From NCBI RefSeq assembly GCF_964355755.1, contig NC_092672.1, positions 28,154,437 to 28,218,436 on the forward strand: a stretch of 64,000 bases of DNA, given 5' to 3'. The notes beneath the pieces were generated by a model. That model searched no databases. It was not told where the DNA came from and saw only the letters and a program-made list of their open reading frames with translations. This DNA comes from Antedon mediterranea (Eukaryota > Animalia > Echinodermata). Both the position numbers and the translations under genes were made by a program. Every line of letters begins with the position of its first letter. Position 1 is the first letter of the stretch. Shown here piece by piece: positions 63,353 to 64,000 of this stretch.

Positions 63353-64000
63353 TACAACTATCACTGTAGATAAATAAAATAAATTGATGAATTTTGTTCA
63401 GCAGACGATACCATTTAAATTGACACGACGTCGAAGGTGAAGGAATGTTTTTCGTTTTTTTAAACGGACGGTAACTTGTAAAATAATTTGTCTTCCTCTT
63501 CAATATTTTAAATCCTACAATTGACAGCTAGCTGTGTGGAACCGAAACGAGACCCCTAAACGAGCGCGAGCAGTTCCAAAGGGACACAAGGGCGTGAGAA
63601 CCGAAGAAAATCACTGAACCTCTATCAATCATTTTAAGTGCATAGGTAACCTTCCCATAAAAAAAGAAACCGACTTTATAGTCACGTGTCGTTTGTAGCG
63701 TGCTTGATATATTTTACCGCTGAATGTTTGTAGCGAAGGTTACCTTACCATGGAGGTCTAATGAGAAGCAGCCTTCATGAAATATTAACGTAAAGTAGTT
63801 AAGCGCTATTTATAATGTATACTATAGACGCATTTGTGTTGAGTGCTGCTATGTAGAATGGCTGTTCACCACCACGCGTTTGTAATTTACATGTCATGCC
63901 TATTGTGGTTTTACTTTATTATTCCAACCTATTAGGCCTACAGAAAAACGCTTCATTTCAAATATCTTTTTGGTCAAAGTGGATAACTATTGTGACATTA

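Overview
AT-rich animal genomic DNA. It is probably from an invertebrate deuterostome such as an echinoderm, inferred from the HES protein and repeat content and not provable here. There are no prokaryotic features, rRNA or CRISPR array. Two protein-coding loci are supported: the last coding exon of OPA1 (+, 7836-7900) and a complete four-exon Hairy/HES1-class bHLH-Orange-WRPW gene (-, CDS 54087-51926, 352 aa). About 44 kb with no other recognisable gene separates them; it is CpG-rich and carries Su(H)/RBPJ and bHLH sites. The HES promoter has a Su(H) paired site with a 16-bp spacer like that of vertebrate Hes1. Its 3' UTR has three miR-153 8-mers plus GY, Brd and K boxes. The rest is satellites (56, 61, 112, 50 and 40 bp units), SINEs, MITEs and a 7.1-kb non-autonomous TIR element. 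The most unusual observations are: a family of 17-32 bp CA...TG palindromes with exact 7-bp target duplications that look like P-element-type excision footprints; strongly over-represented TAGGCCTA and TACWGTA scars; a duplicated OPA1 splice acceptor that would give a C-terminally truncated protein; and a satellite fragment copied 20 kb away with a 19-bp target duplication. All coordinates and counts were made by eye; family names and miRNA matches rest on recalled consensus sequences, not database searches.
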